Virus record (IMG/VR): IMGVR_UViG_3300037493_005394
From: an uncultured virus (IMG/VR IMGVR_UViG_3300037493_005394)
Lineage: Duplodnaviria > Heunggongvirae > Uroviricota > Caudoviricetes
DNA length: 64,000 bases
Direction: 5' to 3' (one strand)
Made by a program: the position numbers and the translations under genes. The first letter of the stretch is position 1; each line of letters opens with the position of its first letter. Below are positions 20,101-29,222 of this stretch, one piece after another. The notes under the pieces were generated by a model. The model saw only the letters and a list, made by a program, of their open reading frames with translations, did no database searches and was not told the DNA's origin.

Positions 20101-21842
20101 AGTTCACGATTCAGTTCTGGATCAGAACGTCATCCAGCACGTATCCCAAGCACCTCCTGAATATTGGCACGGATGATAGTACCTATCGGTTCCGCCTCTC
20201 GCTGACGGCGGCCAACCAGTTAACATGGAACGCGAAGAATAGTGGGACGACGGAGCATAATATTGTGGCGTCAAAGGCGGGGACGAACTTGAACGATGGT
20301 GCGTGGCATCACATCGCCATTGTGCGCGCCAGTACCACGACGACCGTGTATATCGACGGCACCAATGCGGGCAGCGAGACCTCAAGCACGCCCTACCGGA
20401 CCAGTGGAACCTCTTTGTATTACGGCAATCTTAACACGAACAACGCTGACCAGTGGGTCGGCTACTTGAGTGATCTGGAGATCGTCAAGGGTCGTGCCTT
20501 GTGGACGGCCAACTTCACGCCGTCCACGAGCAAGCGTGACTATTGTCATGGGGACGCCGTGATAGCGTTGACGCCCGTGCCGTCTGCGCTTGTGGGCGGT
20601 ACCCGCACGGCGGCTGTAAAGGATGTCGGCCCCCTCAAGCTTTCTGGTTTAACCTCGTTAACGGCGGCAGCGTCGGCGATCGATATGGCATCGCCCGTGC
20701 GCAGCGTGAGTTTCGGCACAAGTGACTTCACCATCGACCTCTGGCAGCGCTGGTGTGATTCCTGGCCGTCGTCGGCGACCGACCTGTTCAACTACTGTAA
20801 TTCGTTGGGTTGGGGAATGAGTAACCCCAATGGATCCATCCGTATTTATGTGGATGCGTCGGCAAGTTATTGCTTTTCCGTGTATGACGGGACGACGCGC
20901 TACACGAAAACGGGGGGCGGTTATGTGTCCCTGCGGACGTGGCATCACGTAGCTTTAGTCCGGTCAGGGACCACGATCAGTCTTTTCGTCAACGGGACGC
21001 TGGCCTTAAGTCAGACGGTGGCCGCGAACTACGCCATCCTCGACACAGGACAGTATTGTTATTGCGCATACAACTACGCCTCAGGTTCGATTCCCCCGAA
21101 TCAGCCGTCTTACATGGAAAACATCCGTCTGTTCGTGGGCAAGGCCCTGTGGACGAGTACGTTCGCGCCCCCCCGGAATTTGATCACCTACCGCCGTCAG
21201 TACAACGATTACTGTGCGTTCTGGTTTCGCGGTTCCCGTCGGGTGACCACCGAGGGACAGGCTCGGTGGGAGTTCGATAGCCCCGTGGGGATGGTGGGGA
21301 CGGCCCTGGGGAATAACGAGTGGGGCACGCAGTCCAATTTCATTATGCCGGTCTCGCCAAGAGATGGGGCTTTTACGATTGAGTTCTGGGTCTACTTTGA
21401 GTCACGTCCCGTCTCCGGTGAGCGCTGTGTCCTCAGTGGATCGGATTTTGGCAACACAAAGGGGTTTGAGATCCGGCAGAGTTCGACAGGCGTCGTGACG
21501 TTTTATTGGTATTACGATGACAACAATGAGTCATCAATGACTAATACTACGCCTGTCATCCTGAATAACGAGTGGCACCACATCGTCTTTCAACGCTCTT
21601 CTTACAATATTGTGACGATCTATGTAGATGGGACTGTCACGGCTAGGACCAGTGTGGGGGCGGGGACGATCATGAACAATCCCGGCGCGTCCATTCAGTT
21701 GTTCAATGGGAGCACGGCGATTTCGATGGCGGGGTGCATCAGCAATTTCCAGTTTCACGTAGGCGTGGCCAAGTACAACAACACGGGGTTTGTGCCGGAC
21801 CATAACGAACCCCGGCTGCCGGAGAAGATCCAGCGGTTCTGA
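17190..21842 (+). CDS. multi-LamG (concanavalin A-like) receptor-binding protein, 7 repeats
   Basis: GAGGAGG RBS before ATG 17190; seven (F/Y)TIxxW...WxH(V/M/I)xxxR...(N/D)G units. Confidence 0.8.
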   Translation: MPGGAKRWNREVPNGLPAVASLNFTRGNRRGSNAYYSFTATNIKQDVETDIGFEGMVPPDGGGVLLNGTSSKVDEASGNSYQMVFGTNDYTIDAWINPVVTTGYQRFFSLGTAFYLSTGSYDKAFNLTVGTLIATLSTTNYPMKTNRWHHVAVTRSGDVHRLFLNGVQVATQTVSGSSGSPTGVAIGHDSTNYYQGQVGGVRVINGKALWTANFNPPRRKVKPPIPAGCAVYYNWDLNDAGAAFYYMAPTNSMTTSGTSEPTCRYWQFTGSDYTGVADPILHLTSGGYITTNAETAHNLGSGDFTIDFWQYSVSTLTISKWGAAGSRCWNLTLAPNSQASACMFYYTTDGTNSQNMQRAGVDVSPARWVHMAIVRTGNVLRMFQDGVQLGADHAFSSTIWGVSQAVQIGDGASASYVSHLRTTVGQALWTGTSFTPPTRTEYPVTSYTKMLMKFDQDFGIGANLTFPHDNVSKSLTVTGGTAVKNRHNGPFTSYTLRGATVFTIEAWIRCTGVSTYATIAAVWDDTQGNSWWWYLDSSYYMVFKAAGSTFTSTRQLSSSRWYHVAVIRDGSNWAITIDGIPETFTGSPTIPHSHSPLVIGWMAALTYPFIGYIAKMRITLGTVRASTTFGVPTRVLHKNANVIYSDDGAQFSAIANPGPSLLGFYAASDSAFADVGMGNFTIDAWIKHERSSTGTRGTFICRRNLDYTFYVDMSGRLTFATGGTTTPRLISETNAVPSHRWCHVAVVRTGTGAGQTKLYIDGIEPAYTSTEAINVNYNNGGAAYEVGGPRAAIGSFTGFYGKVLNFRFSNAAVWTTTFTPPKFLRDYVLVGSTKAFLPGIKVSLYAANLAPVSPGYYPYVWNVDGGIGTIEMGFTNEGAPLLYSGNAQAFYNRAPALRSPTGDTTRYQRLYRAVRGAWTALTTGLTGQGMWISQYAWGLNAGSIKTISVMEPSAASIPSIDPTPFYFDMGEFTIQFWIRTSSSTYPKHLLNIGTDDSTYRFRLSLTAANQLTWNAKNSGTTEHNIVASKAGTNLNDGAWHHIAIVRASTTTTVYIDGTNAGSETSSTPYRTSGTSLYYGNLNTNNADQWVGYLSDLEIVKGRALWTANFTPSTSKRDYCHGDAVIALTPVPSALVGGTRTAAVKDVGPLKLSGLTSLTAAASAIDMASPVRSVSFGTSDFTIDLWQRWCDSWPSSATDLFNYCNSLGWGMSNPNGSIRIYVDASASYCFSVYDGTTRYTKTGGGYVSLRTWHHVALVRSGTTISLFVNGTLALSQTVAANYAILDTGQYCYCAYNYASGSIPPNQPSYMENIRLFVGKALWTSTFAPPRNLITYRRQYNDYCAFWFRGSRRVTTEGQARWEFDSPVGMVGTALGNNEWGTQSNFIMPVSPRDGAFTIEFWVYFESRPVSGERCVLSGSDFGNTKGFEIRQSSTGVVTFYWYYDDNNESSMTNTTPVILNNEWHHIVFQRSSYNIVTIYVDGTVTARTSVGAGTIMNNPGASIQLFNGSTAISMAGCISNFQFHVGVAKYNNTGFVPDHNEPRLPEKIQRF

Positions 21843-21904
21843 GGGGAGACAACGTCTTGCGCTGGCGGCGGGCTCGGCCAGTTTAACTCCATGGGAGGTG
21901 AGCG

Positions 21905-22159
21905 ATGGCCTTTACAACGGATCAGAAGGCGTGGGCGAACGAGATGCTGCGGCAGTACTACTTGGGTATGGGCGGGGGTGGCGTGACGACGGAGCAGGTC
22001 GAGGCGCTCGTGTTCGGGGCGACGGAGCCGGACCGCATCGCGGTGGCGGTGGCCTATGCGACGGGGACGGTAAAGCCCCGTCTGGAGGCGCAGCTCATGG
22101 CGCTCGATGCGCAGGCCATGGTGGTCGAGGCGGAGATCGCGAAGATCCCCGTGGCGTGA
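21905..22159 (+). CDS. small hypothetical protein (tail module)
   Basis: GGAGGT RBS; plausible helical protein. Confidence 0.6.
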   Translation: MAFTTDQKAWANEMLRQYYLGMGGGGVTTEQVEALVFGATEPDRIAVAVAYATGTVKPRLEAQLMALDAQAMVVEAEIAKIPVA

Positions 22160-22271
22160 CGTGCATGGGTGCGCGGAAGGTTGGCGGGGGGCGATCGGCT
22201 GTGGTAGCGTGGCTTGAGTAAGAACCACTCAAGGATGGACGGTTGAACGTGGCCAATGAAGGAGCAGGGCG

Positions 22272-22769
22272 ATGCAGTTGTTGAACGAGTTGATGTTGGT
22301 GTGCGACGCGACGTTGCGGCGGCACAGTGCGGTCAAGGTGACGAACGTGGCGTGGGCCATCGCGCGGAATCGGGCGAAGCTCGACAAGCCGATCGAGGAT
22401 CTCAAGAAGCAGATCGAGCCCACGGAGGCCATGAAGGCGTTCAGCACGGCGCGGAACAAGCTGATCGAGGCGCACGCGGAGAAGACGGCGGCGGGGGAGC
22501 CCAAGCGGACGCCGATCATGGATCAGCCAGGGGCCTTCCGGTATCAGATCGCGCATCCCGACGCCCTGGAGATCGCCCAGGCGGCCCTCCGTCAGGAGCA
22601 CCCCCAGGCGGAGATCGACGAGCAGGCGTTGACGACGAAGGAGGAGGAGCTGCTCCGGCTCACCACCGACTTCGAGCCCTACAAGATCAAGCGGACCGAG
22701 ATCCCCGACGGCATCCTCGATGCCGAGGCGATGTTGGTGTTTTTCAAGTGTGGGATCCTAGAGGACTGA
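22272..22769 (+). CDS. helical phage protein, possible fibre chaperone
   Basis: AAGGAG RBS; located after the fibre genes. Function inferred from position only. Confidence 0.55.
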   Translation: MQLLNELMLVCDATLRRHSAVKVTNVAWAIARNRAKLDKPIEDLKKQIEPTEAMKAFSTARNKLIEAHAEKTAAGEPKRTPIMDQPGAFRYQIAHPDALEIAQAALRQEHPQAEIDEQALTTKEEELLRLTTDFEPYKIKRTEIPDGILDAEAMLVFFKCGILED

Positions 22770-22810
22770 CCCTGCGTACGCGCGTACGCAGCGAGCGAGG
22801 TAGGTAAGCC

Positions 22811-24526
22811 ATGGCGGTAGTACAGACGGTCGTGATCCCCGAGGCGCAGATGAAGGTGCGGTGGCGCGAGACCTATGTCTCCGAGGGGATCAACAAGGCG
22901 CTTGCTGTGCTGGACCCTGGCATCTACCGGGGGGGCTACGTCATGGCGCAGGGCACCCCGAACAAGACGGTCAAGATCACGCCCAACGGGGAGCAGGATA
23001 GCTTCTACCTGTGGGTGGAGAAGACCGGCGGGGCGGCCCTCGCGGTGCGCTACGCGACGGACGTTACGGTGGACCTCAGTGGAGAGTTCACGGGGGGTGG
23101 CGGCACGATGCCGAGCACCAAGACGTACTACGTGTATATGACCGGCACCTATGCGACGGGGGCCCCCACGAGCGGGGCCTTCTACGTGGACACCACGGCG
23201 CCCAGCACGAGCGGGAACGCCGTGCGCTTGGCCAAGATCACGATCCCCAGTGGGGCGACGACGATCTTGGACAGCTATATCAATCTCAGCACCTCGGCGA
23301 CGCCTGCGAGCTGCTACCGCATGACGGCGTCCTTGGACCGCGTGGTGGTGAAGCGCGTGGAGCTGGAGTTCGCGGCCCCCTCGGGGACGCCACCCGTGTT
23401 TCAAATCCTCGGCAAGGTGTACTTCCCTGGCGGTGGGGCGTCATGGATGGTGCGGTCGAGTTATGTCAAGCTAGCCTCGACACAAGCGTCTCTGTTGCAT
23501 CAGAATCCCTACATCGGGGATGACCGTGGGCGCATCACGGTAGAAAACTTCTATGCGGACAGCGGGGCGACGGTGTGGGCGACGGCGGACAGTGAGGGGT
23601 TCATGACGAACCCGTGGGTGAAGTTGGATTTGACGCAGACCAGCGACACCTCGCCTCCGGCCGGCGCCGCCTGGTACTGGACGCGGGCGACGGTGCGGGA
23701 CCTCGTGACGAGCGATCATTTCCTCGAGGAGTTCGATGTGTTCCCGCATGCCGCGGAGATCATCACGCGGGACGTGGCGGGCACCCCCACGAGCCTGGTC
23801 GCCAAGAACGTCTCGACGGCGATCGAGGCGTTGGTGGACGCGGTGAACGACCGCATCCCCAAGGTCGTGACCGAGGCCTTCGATTTGTTCAGCGATGCGG
23901 CGTTCATGCGGGGCAACTTCGAGCCGGGCACGGGGGGGAACGATACGTGTTGCCTGCTCTGGCAGGGAGGCGGGTCTGCGGCCGTCAAGTCACGCATTTA
24001 CTTTGGGGCGGCCGGGGCGCTCATGATCACGACCAATGCGCGGTGGAATCAGGGCACGAGCAAGTGGGTGCCTGATAGTGCGGCGGTGGACGCGAAGCGG
24101 CTGCTGCTGGACACCGACAAGGGCTTTTGGATGTGCCACAAGAGCTGCTTGACGGTGGGGTTCGCGACGGGGTGGGCGATCGATGGGTGGGACACCACGA
24201 TCAAGTGGTTGGAATATTTAGGATGGTTTGATCTGTCGCCAACGGTCGATGGCGGCAACATGGTCGAGGCGGTGCCGCTGGGGTTTGGGTGGTGGAACAA
24301 GACGGGGACGAACACGGATAACATTTTGTTTTCTGCCGTGCATCGGACGTTTCAGGGGGCCGTAGATACGATCACGTATGCGGTGAGCGCCCAGTCGCGG
24401 ATCGCCTGTATGCCAGGAACCGTAGATGTTACGAGTGTGGGGGCCTTGGCAAATATCGAAACGGATGTTGTGCCCAATACACAGACTGCGTATTGGCATG
24501 GTATTGCCTTTGTCACCTATCTGTAA
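22811..24526 (+). CDS. baseplate- or fibre-associated virion protein
   Basis: GIYRGG and VRLAKITIPSGATTI segments resemble baseplate-attachment domains. Confidence 0.55.
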   Translation: MAVVQTVVIPEAQMKVRWRETYVSEGINKALAVLDPGIYRGGYVMAQGTPNKTVKITPNGEQDSFYLWVEKTGGAALAVRYATDVTVDLSGEFTGGGGTMPSTKTYYVYMTGTYATGAPTSGAFYVDTTAPSTSGNAVRLAKITIPSGATTILDSYINLSTSATPASCYRMTASLDRVVVKRVELEFAAPSGTPPVFQILGKVYFPGGGASWMVRSSYVKLASTQASLLHQNPYIGDDRGRITVENFYADSGATVWATADSEGFMTNPWVKLDLTQTSDTSPPAGAAWYWTRATVRDLVTSDHFLEEFDVFPHAAEIITRDVAGTPTSLVAKNVSTAIEALVDAVNDRIPKVVTEAFDLFSDAAFMRGNFEPGTGGNDTCCLLWQGGGSAAVKSRIYFGAAGALMITTNARWNQGTSKWVPDSAAVDAKRLLLDTDKGFWMCHKSCLTVGFATGWAIDGWDTTIKWLEYLGWFDLSPTVDGGNMVEAVPLGFGWWNKTGTNTDNILFSAVHRTFQGAVDTITYAVSAQSRIACMPGTVDVTSVGALANIETDVVPNTQTAYWHGIAFVTYL

Positions 24527-24531
24527 CGTGG

Positions 24532-25799
24532 AGGGCGAGCAGCTTCCGATAAAGTTGGAAAAGGTCAGAGAAAACTGGAAAGGATGAACACGTTTGAACC
24601 GCACGCACAAAATCGCACTTGATCCAACGGTATGCCAGGAGGCGTATTTCAGGCGGTGCTGTGGGGTGGCGAGGTTCACGTTTAACTGGGCGTTGGCCGA
24701 GTGGAAAAAGCAGTACGCGGCAGGGGAAAAGCCGAGCGGACCAGCGCTCAAGAAGCAGTTTAACGCCATTCGGCATGTGGATTTTCCGTGGTCCGGCGAG
24801 GTGCTCCGCGATGCGACGGCGCAGCCGTTCGTGAATGTGCAGCGGGCCTATCAGAACTTTTTTGAGAAGCGGGGGAAGTATCCGAAGTTTAAGAAAAAGG
24901 GCATTCACGATTCTTTCTACGTCGCGAATGACAAGTTAAATATAGATGGAAATCGCATTCAAATCCCGCGTATTGGCTGGGTGCGGATGCATGAGGCGTT
25001 GCGGTTTGTGGGCAAGATTTTATCAGCGGTCGTATCAAGGACATCTCACAAGTGGTTTGTGTCTATCGCGGTGGATATTCCGAGGACCCTGACGGCGAGC
25101 GAGAACCAAGCCGTAGTTGGGGTAGACCTTGGAATCAAGTCGCTGGCAACACTTTCCACAGGTGAGAAGTTCGAGGCACCAAAGCCGCTGAAACAGTCGT
25201 TGGCGAAGTTACAGCGATTGAGTCGACAGTTGTCTCGCAAGCAGAAGGGGTCGAATCGTCGGTGGAAAGCCAAGCAGAAGGTGGCCCGGCTGCATTACCG
25301 GATTTCATGTGTGCGGAATGACGCTTTGCATAAGTTGACGACAGGTCTGGTAGGGCGGTTTGGTACTATCGTCATCGAAGACCTGAACGTGAAGGGGATG
25401 AGGCAGAACCGGCGTCTATCGCGGGCTATCTCAGACGTTGGATTTGGTGAGTTTAGACGTCAGCTCGAATACAAGATGGCTACGAGTGGTGGGCGGTTGG
25501 TAGTGGCTGACCGCTGGTATCCGTCATCGAAGACGTGTTCAGACTGTGGGTTTAGGCTCGACATTTTGTCATTAGGCACCCGAGAATGGGATTGTCCGGC
25601 ATGTGGCGTTTCACATGATCGAGACATCAATGCCGCGATAAATCTCAAGAATCTAGGAGCGGCTAGCTCCAAAGTAACGCCCGTGGAGAAGCAGGCGCTG
25701 GCACGCAGACCGAGGCGTGTGAAACCGGCTTCAGTGAAGCGGGAACTAACTACCTTGGGAAACGGAAGTTTTTCTAAGAATTAGAAAGCAGGGCGAGCA
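24532..25799 (+). mobile_element. transposase-less IS607-type tnpB element 1, flanked by direct repeat AGGGCGAGCA
   Basis: Repeat at 24532-24541 and 25790-25799; lower GC than flanks; AAAxxTGGAAAG-like repeats at left end; right end ...GAAAGCAG. Confidence 0.75.
24594..25784 (+). CDS. tnpB: RNA-guided endonuclease TnpB
   Basis: RuvC-I VGVDLG, RuvC-II VIEDL, Zn finger CSDC/CPAC, RuvC-III HDRDINAA; catalytic residues intact. Confidence 0.95.
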   Translation: MNRTHKIALDPTVCQEAYFRRCCGVARFTFNWALAEWKKQYAAGEKPSGPALKKQFNAIRHVDFPWSGEVLRDATAQPFVNVQRAYQNFFEKRGKYPKFKKKGIHDSFYVANDKLNIDGNRIQIPRIGWVRMHEALRFVGKILSAVVSRTSHKWFVSIAVDIPRTLTASENQAVVGVDLGIKSLATLSTGEKFEAPKPLKQSLAKLQRLSRQLSRKQKGSNRRWKAKQKVARLHYRISCVRNDALHKLTTGLVGRFGTIVIEDLNVKGMRQNRRLSRAISDVGFGEFRRQLEYKMATSGGRLVVADRWYPSSKTCSDCGFRLDILSLGTREWDCPACGVSHDRDINAAINLKNLGAASSKVTPVEKQALARRPRRVKPASVKRELTTLGNGSFSKN

Positions 25800-25811
25800 T
25801 GTCGATAAAAT
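25653..25811 (+). ncRNA. predicted omegaRNA of tnpB element 1 (guide ~25792-25811)
   Basis: Stem GGAGC/GCTCC covaries with element 2; conserved GTGGAGA, GTGAAAC and GAAGCRGGAA blocks. Boundaries approximate. Confidence 0.65.
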
Positions 25812-26194
25812 GGTTGTTGCCAGAAGGTGTTGAGATCGTGTGCCTGTGCGGGGCCCCGACGGTGTATGCCGCGGGGCAGATGACGGTCTACAACGGGATG
25901 ATTGCGACGCCTGGGTGCCCGAGCTGCCAGACGCGGCGGGCGGACCTTTTCGTGCGGGGGGGGGAGCCCGTGGGGTATCCCGAGGCGACCTTGGTGCGGA
26001 TGCGGGCGGCGAAGGCGGTGTTCACGTGGCTGGTCGCGGCGGAGCGCTTCGCGGAGGGCGTGACGGCCGAGCAGATCCCGGCCGACCTGATGGTGGGGGC
26101 GATGGCGTGGCCCACGGGGGCGCCTGTGGAGGTGCCGTTGGCAGAAGCCTTCGCCAAGGCGCACGCGGCGTGGCTGCGGGCGCACCCCCAGTGA
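25799..26194 (+). CDS. hypothetical protein with Cys pairs
   Basis: CLC and CPSC; its original GGAGG RBS now lies on the far side of the tnpB insertion. Confidence 0.6.
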   Translation: MSIKWLLPEGVEIVCLCGAPTVYAAGQMTVYNGMIATPGCPSCQTRRADLFVRGGEPVGYPEATLVRMRAAKAVFTWLVAAERFAEGVTAEQIPADLMVGAMAWPTGAPVEVPLAEAFAKAHAAWLRAHPQ

Positions 26195-26202
26195 GGTAGG
26201 CG

Positions 26203-28641
26203 TTGCCGACCTTTGGAAACGAGCCCTTCGGCAGTGGGCGCTTCGGCCAGGGGAGCTGGGCGCGGCGCGTGTTGTGGGGCAATGTGCCGCAGCTCTGGCA
26301 GGCGGAGGACGCGGGCCAGGGGGACGTCCTGCAGCGCCTGCTGGGGGTGTGGGCGGACGAGCTGGAGGAGGTGCGCGACCAGATCGCGGCGCTGCCCGCG
26401 CAGCGGGATCCCTTCCAGGTGCGGGGGCGGCTCGGGACCGAGGAGTGGCTGTACTTTGAGAGCGCGACGTGGGTGGTGGACGCGACGCATGGCCCCGTGG
26501 TGGTGCTGCGGGAGCCCGCGCTGGCGAGCGCCTTCCCTTACGGGGATGAGATCTTCGGGGTGGCGTGGGCCCCTTACGCGGCGATCAGCCGGGTGGCGCC
26601 GCAGTGGGGGGTGGAGTGGGGGGGCGCGCGCTACCGCGTGGTGAACGTGCGGGCGCGCCTCTTCGACGCGGCGGCCCCCGCGCAATCCGAGGCGAACGAG
26701 GTTTGGCTGGCGGGGGTTCCCATGGGACTGTGGCCGGCCACGCAGTACGGCGTGGCGGTAGGCATGGGGGATGGCACGCAGACGCCGGCGGTGGCCCTGC
26801 CGGGGGCCCCCTGGCGCCTGCGTCCCATGGATGTGACGGGGGCCCTGACGAGCGCCGCAGCGGGGATCGTGCTGTGGTACAGCAGCCCGTGGTGGGCGGC
26901 CCGCATGGCACTGGTCGATGTGCCGCACGATCCCTATGATGGCATGGGGACGCTGTGCTTCGTGGACCCCGGCACGGGGGAGGCGGATCTCGCGGAGGTG
27001 CGGGGCACGGTGGATTATGAACGCGCGATCGTGAGCCCGGATTGGACGGGGACCGTGGACCTGCCGTTGGGGGGGACGCCGATCACGGCGGACTGGCGAG
27101 TGGCGGGCTACTACGTGGCGGCGCGGCCCGCGAGCCTGTTGGACGTGCTGGCCAGGGACTTCGGGTTCGAGAACGATGCGAACGACCCGGAGAGCGTGCA
27201 GCGCGCGACGATCGCGCACAGCCACAAGTATTTTGGGCTCAAGGCGACGGGGGAGAGCTATCGGATCCGCGGGGCGGTGAGCGGCTTTGCGGTGACGGCG
27301 CGGCCCCTGCACCTGTTGGGCGACGCGGGCTTCGTGGGGCTCCTGCCGGCGCCAGCGGTGCACCACGTGGGGGACCAGTGGTACACGACGATCGCGCCGC
27401 GGGCCGTGCGGTTCGACGACATCAACGCCGACGTGCGGTACTACGATTGGCGGGACGCCGTGGAGACCGACCGCTGGAAGACGCTGATCGACGACTGCTT
27501 CCTGTACGAGGACTTCTCCCCGGCGGGGCTCTCCGTGGGGCTTGCCTTCGCGCTGGACGTGGCGCAGGGCTATGGGCACCCGGACCGGGATCCCGCGCGC
27601 GTGGTGGCGGTGCGGGACCTCACGGCCGCGGAGGCCGCGGGCTACAACCTGATGGGGGGGCACGTGGTCACGGTGTCGATCCTCCAAGCGGCCTACGGGG
27701 ACTTTCGCGGGGGGCGCAAGGGGGTTTTTGGGCTCTCGGGGTACGACCGGGCGGGCGGCGTGCCGCCGGCGCTGGGGGATGCCGTGTGGTGGATCGACGC
27801 GGAGGCGGGGACGGTCGTGGACCCCGTGGACCCCCTGCGGTGGCACTGGGACGTGGTGGTGGGGCAGGATCCTACGGCGCCGACGCCAGCGGTGGGGATG
27901 GACGTGGCGGTGCGCTACTGGCCGGAGCTGCTGGCGGACTGCGGGTACTGCCGGAGCAACCGCATCCGCGTGGAGATCGTGCCGCAGGGCGGGCCCTGGG
28001 GGGCGGACACCTACTTTGGGTTTGGGCTCTCCTTGGATGCGGCGGTGCGGCGGCTCATCGCGAAGATCGCGGCGACGCTGGTGCCGATCCACGTGCGGGT
28101 GAGCGAGTACGTGTTGATTTACGCGACGGCGATCGGGATGGGGGCGCGGGGCGTCGCGGTGAGCACGTTGCAGGAGACCCTCGTGACGGTGCTGCCGTTC
28201 ACGGAGACCTTTGATGCGCCGGGCTGGCCCGCGGATGTGTGGCCGCTGGATGGGCACGTGCTGCCGGTAACGGGAGCCCTCGTGCTGACGAGCCAGCACG
28301 TGTTGTTGGCGGTCCAGGCGGGGGCCACGGTGGCGCACGTCTTCGACGTGGCGGACCTCGCGGGGGCCGCGGAGGTGCGCCTCACGGTGGAGCAGCGGGG
28401 CGATTTGAACGAGATCGGCGAGGGGCAGTCGATCTGGCTGGACGTGGACGGGGACATCCCGTGGGAGCTCGTGACGGTGCGCACGGGCTTCGATGACCTG
28501 ACGTGGCGCGTGGCGCCGGGCGGGGCGGCGGTCGATGTGACTTCCTTGATCGTGGGGGCGGGGGCGGTTACGCTCCAGGCGTCGGCGACGGCGGCGGTGG
28601 CGAACGGCGAGGTGCGCTTCACGTTCACGATCACGCGCTAG
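26203..28641 (+). CDS. baseplate wedge-like protein (P2 gpI-like segment)
   Basis: LLDVLARDFG..QRATI..YFGLKAT and LVPIHVR are typical of tail-I/baseplate wedge proteins. Confidence 0.6.
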   Translation: MPTFGNEPFGSGRFGQGSWARRVLWGNVPQLWQAEDAGQGDVLQRLLGVWADELEEVRDQIAALPAQRDPFQVRGRLGTEEWLYFESATWVVDATHGPVVVLREPALASAFPYGDEIFGVAWAPYAAISRVAPQWGVEWGGARYRVVNVRARLFDAAAPAQSEANEVWLAGVPMGLWPATQYGVAVGMGDGTQTPAVALPGAPWRLRPMDVTGALTSAAAGIVLWYSSPWWAARMALVDVPHDPYDGMGTLCFVDPGTGEADLAEVRGTVDYERAIVSPDWTGTVDLPLGGTPITADWRVAGYYVAARPASLLDVLARDFGFENDANDPESVQRATIAHSHKYFGLKATGESYRIRGAVSGFAVTARPLHLLGDAGFVGLLPAPAVHHVGDQWYTTIAPRAVRFDDINADVRYYDWRDAVETDRWKTLIDDCFLYEDFSPAGLSVGLAFALDVAQGYGHPDRDPARVVAVRDLTAAEAAGYNLMGGHVVTVSILQAAYGDFRGGRKGVFGLSGYDRAGGVPPALGDAVWWIDAEAGTVVDPVDPLRWHWDVVVGQDPTAPTPAVGMDVAVRYWPELLADCGYCRSNRIRVEIVPQGGPWGADTYFGFGLSLDAAVRRLIAKIAATLVPIHVRVSEYVLIYATAIGMGARGVAVSTLQETLVTVLPFTETFDAPGWPADVWPLDGHVLPVTGALVLTSQHVLLAVQAGATVAHVFDVADLAGAAEVRLTVEQRGDLNEIGEGQSIWLDVDGDIPWELVTVRTGFDDLTWRVAPGGAAVDVTSLIVGAGAVTLQASATAAVANGEVRFTFTITR

Positions 28642-28653
28642 ACAGGAGACGGC

Positions 28654-29157
28654 ATGGCATCGGCAGGCGTATTTACGGACCTCTACCGGGAGCGGTACGC
28701 GGCGGTGGCGCGGGACGGCGCGCCGCTCGACGCCCTGAAGCTCAGCTATGTGAAGTGGGGGGGCGCGAACCTGCCCTCGGGGTCGGCGATGCCCGCGCCG
28801 GTGGCGAGCTACGGCGACATCCAGGCGGCGGGGGGCGCGGCATGTCCCGTGCCGCCGGGCTGGCCCACGCCGGCGGGGAGCGAGGGGACGGCCCCGATCG
28901 GGACGCGCGTGGGGCAGAACTGGTACTACTGCAAGCCCCTGGCGCCGGGGACCGTGAGCGTGGTGGACAACGTGCTCACGGTGGTCTGCGCGCTGGATGC
29001 GGCCGAGGCGAACGACGATGGGACGGGGGGCGAGCCCTCGCTGTTCGAGCTGGCGGCCTTCGATGCGGGGGGCAACATGATGTTTTATGTGACCTTTGAT
29101 GAGGTGATCAAGACCTCGGAGAAGTCGCTACAGCGCAACGTGACGGTGACCCTGTAA
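28654..29157 (+). CDS. tail collar/baseplate fibre-attachment-like protein
   Basis: C-terminal ELAAFDAGGNMMFYVTFDEVIKT resembles tail-collar domains. Confidence 0.55.
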   Translation: MASAGVFTDLYRERYAAVARDGAPLDALKLSYVKWGGANLPSGSAMPAPVASYGDIQAAGGAACPVPPGWPTPAGSEGTAPIGTRVGQNWYYCKPLAPGTVSVVDNVLTVVCALDAAEANDDGTGGEPSLFELAAFDAGGNMMFYVTFDEVIKTSEKSLQRNVTVTL

Positions 29158-29222
29158 GCGAGCGCTGCGCATGCGCATGCGCAGGCATAGCGCGGCTGCG
29201 GGCCGCACGAGGAGAACAAGCG

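Noticed and set aside
24594..25784. Nuclease-dead TnpB (TldR) or Cas12f
   Set aside because: All three RuvC acidic residues are present in both copies and no CRISPR array is adjacent.
25888..28338. Long minus-strand ORFs (also 7483..9282, 13270..14847, 32303..34732)
   Set aside because: R/P/H-rich shadows of GC-rich + strand genes with no recognisable motifs, unlike the antisense ORF at 50864, which has clear nuclease motifs.
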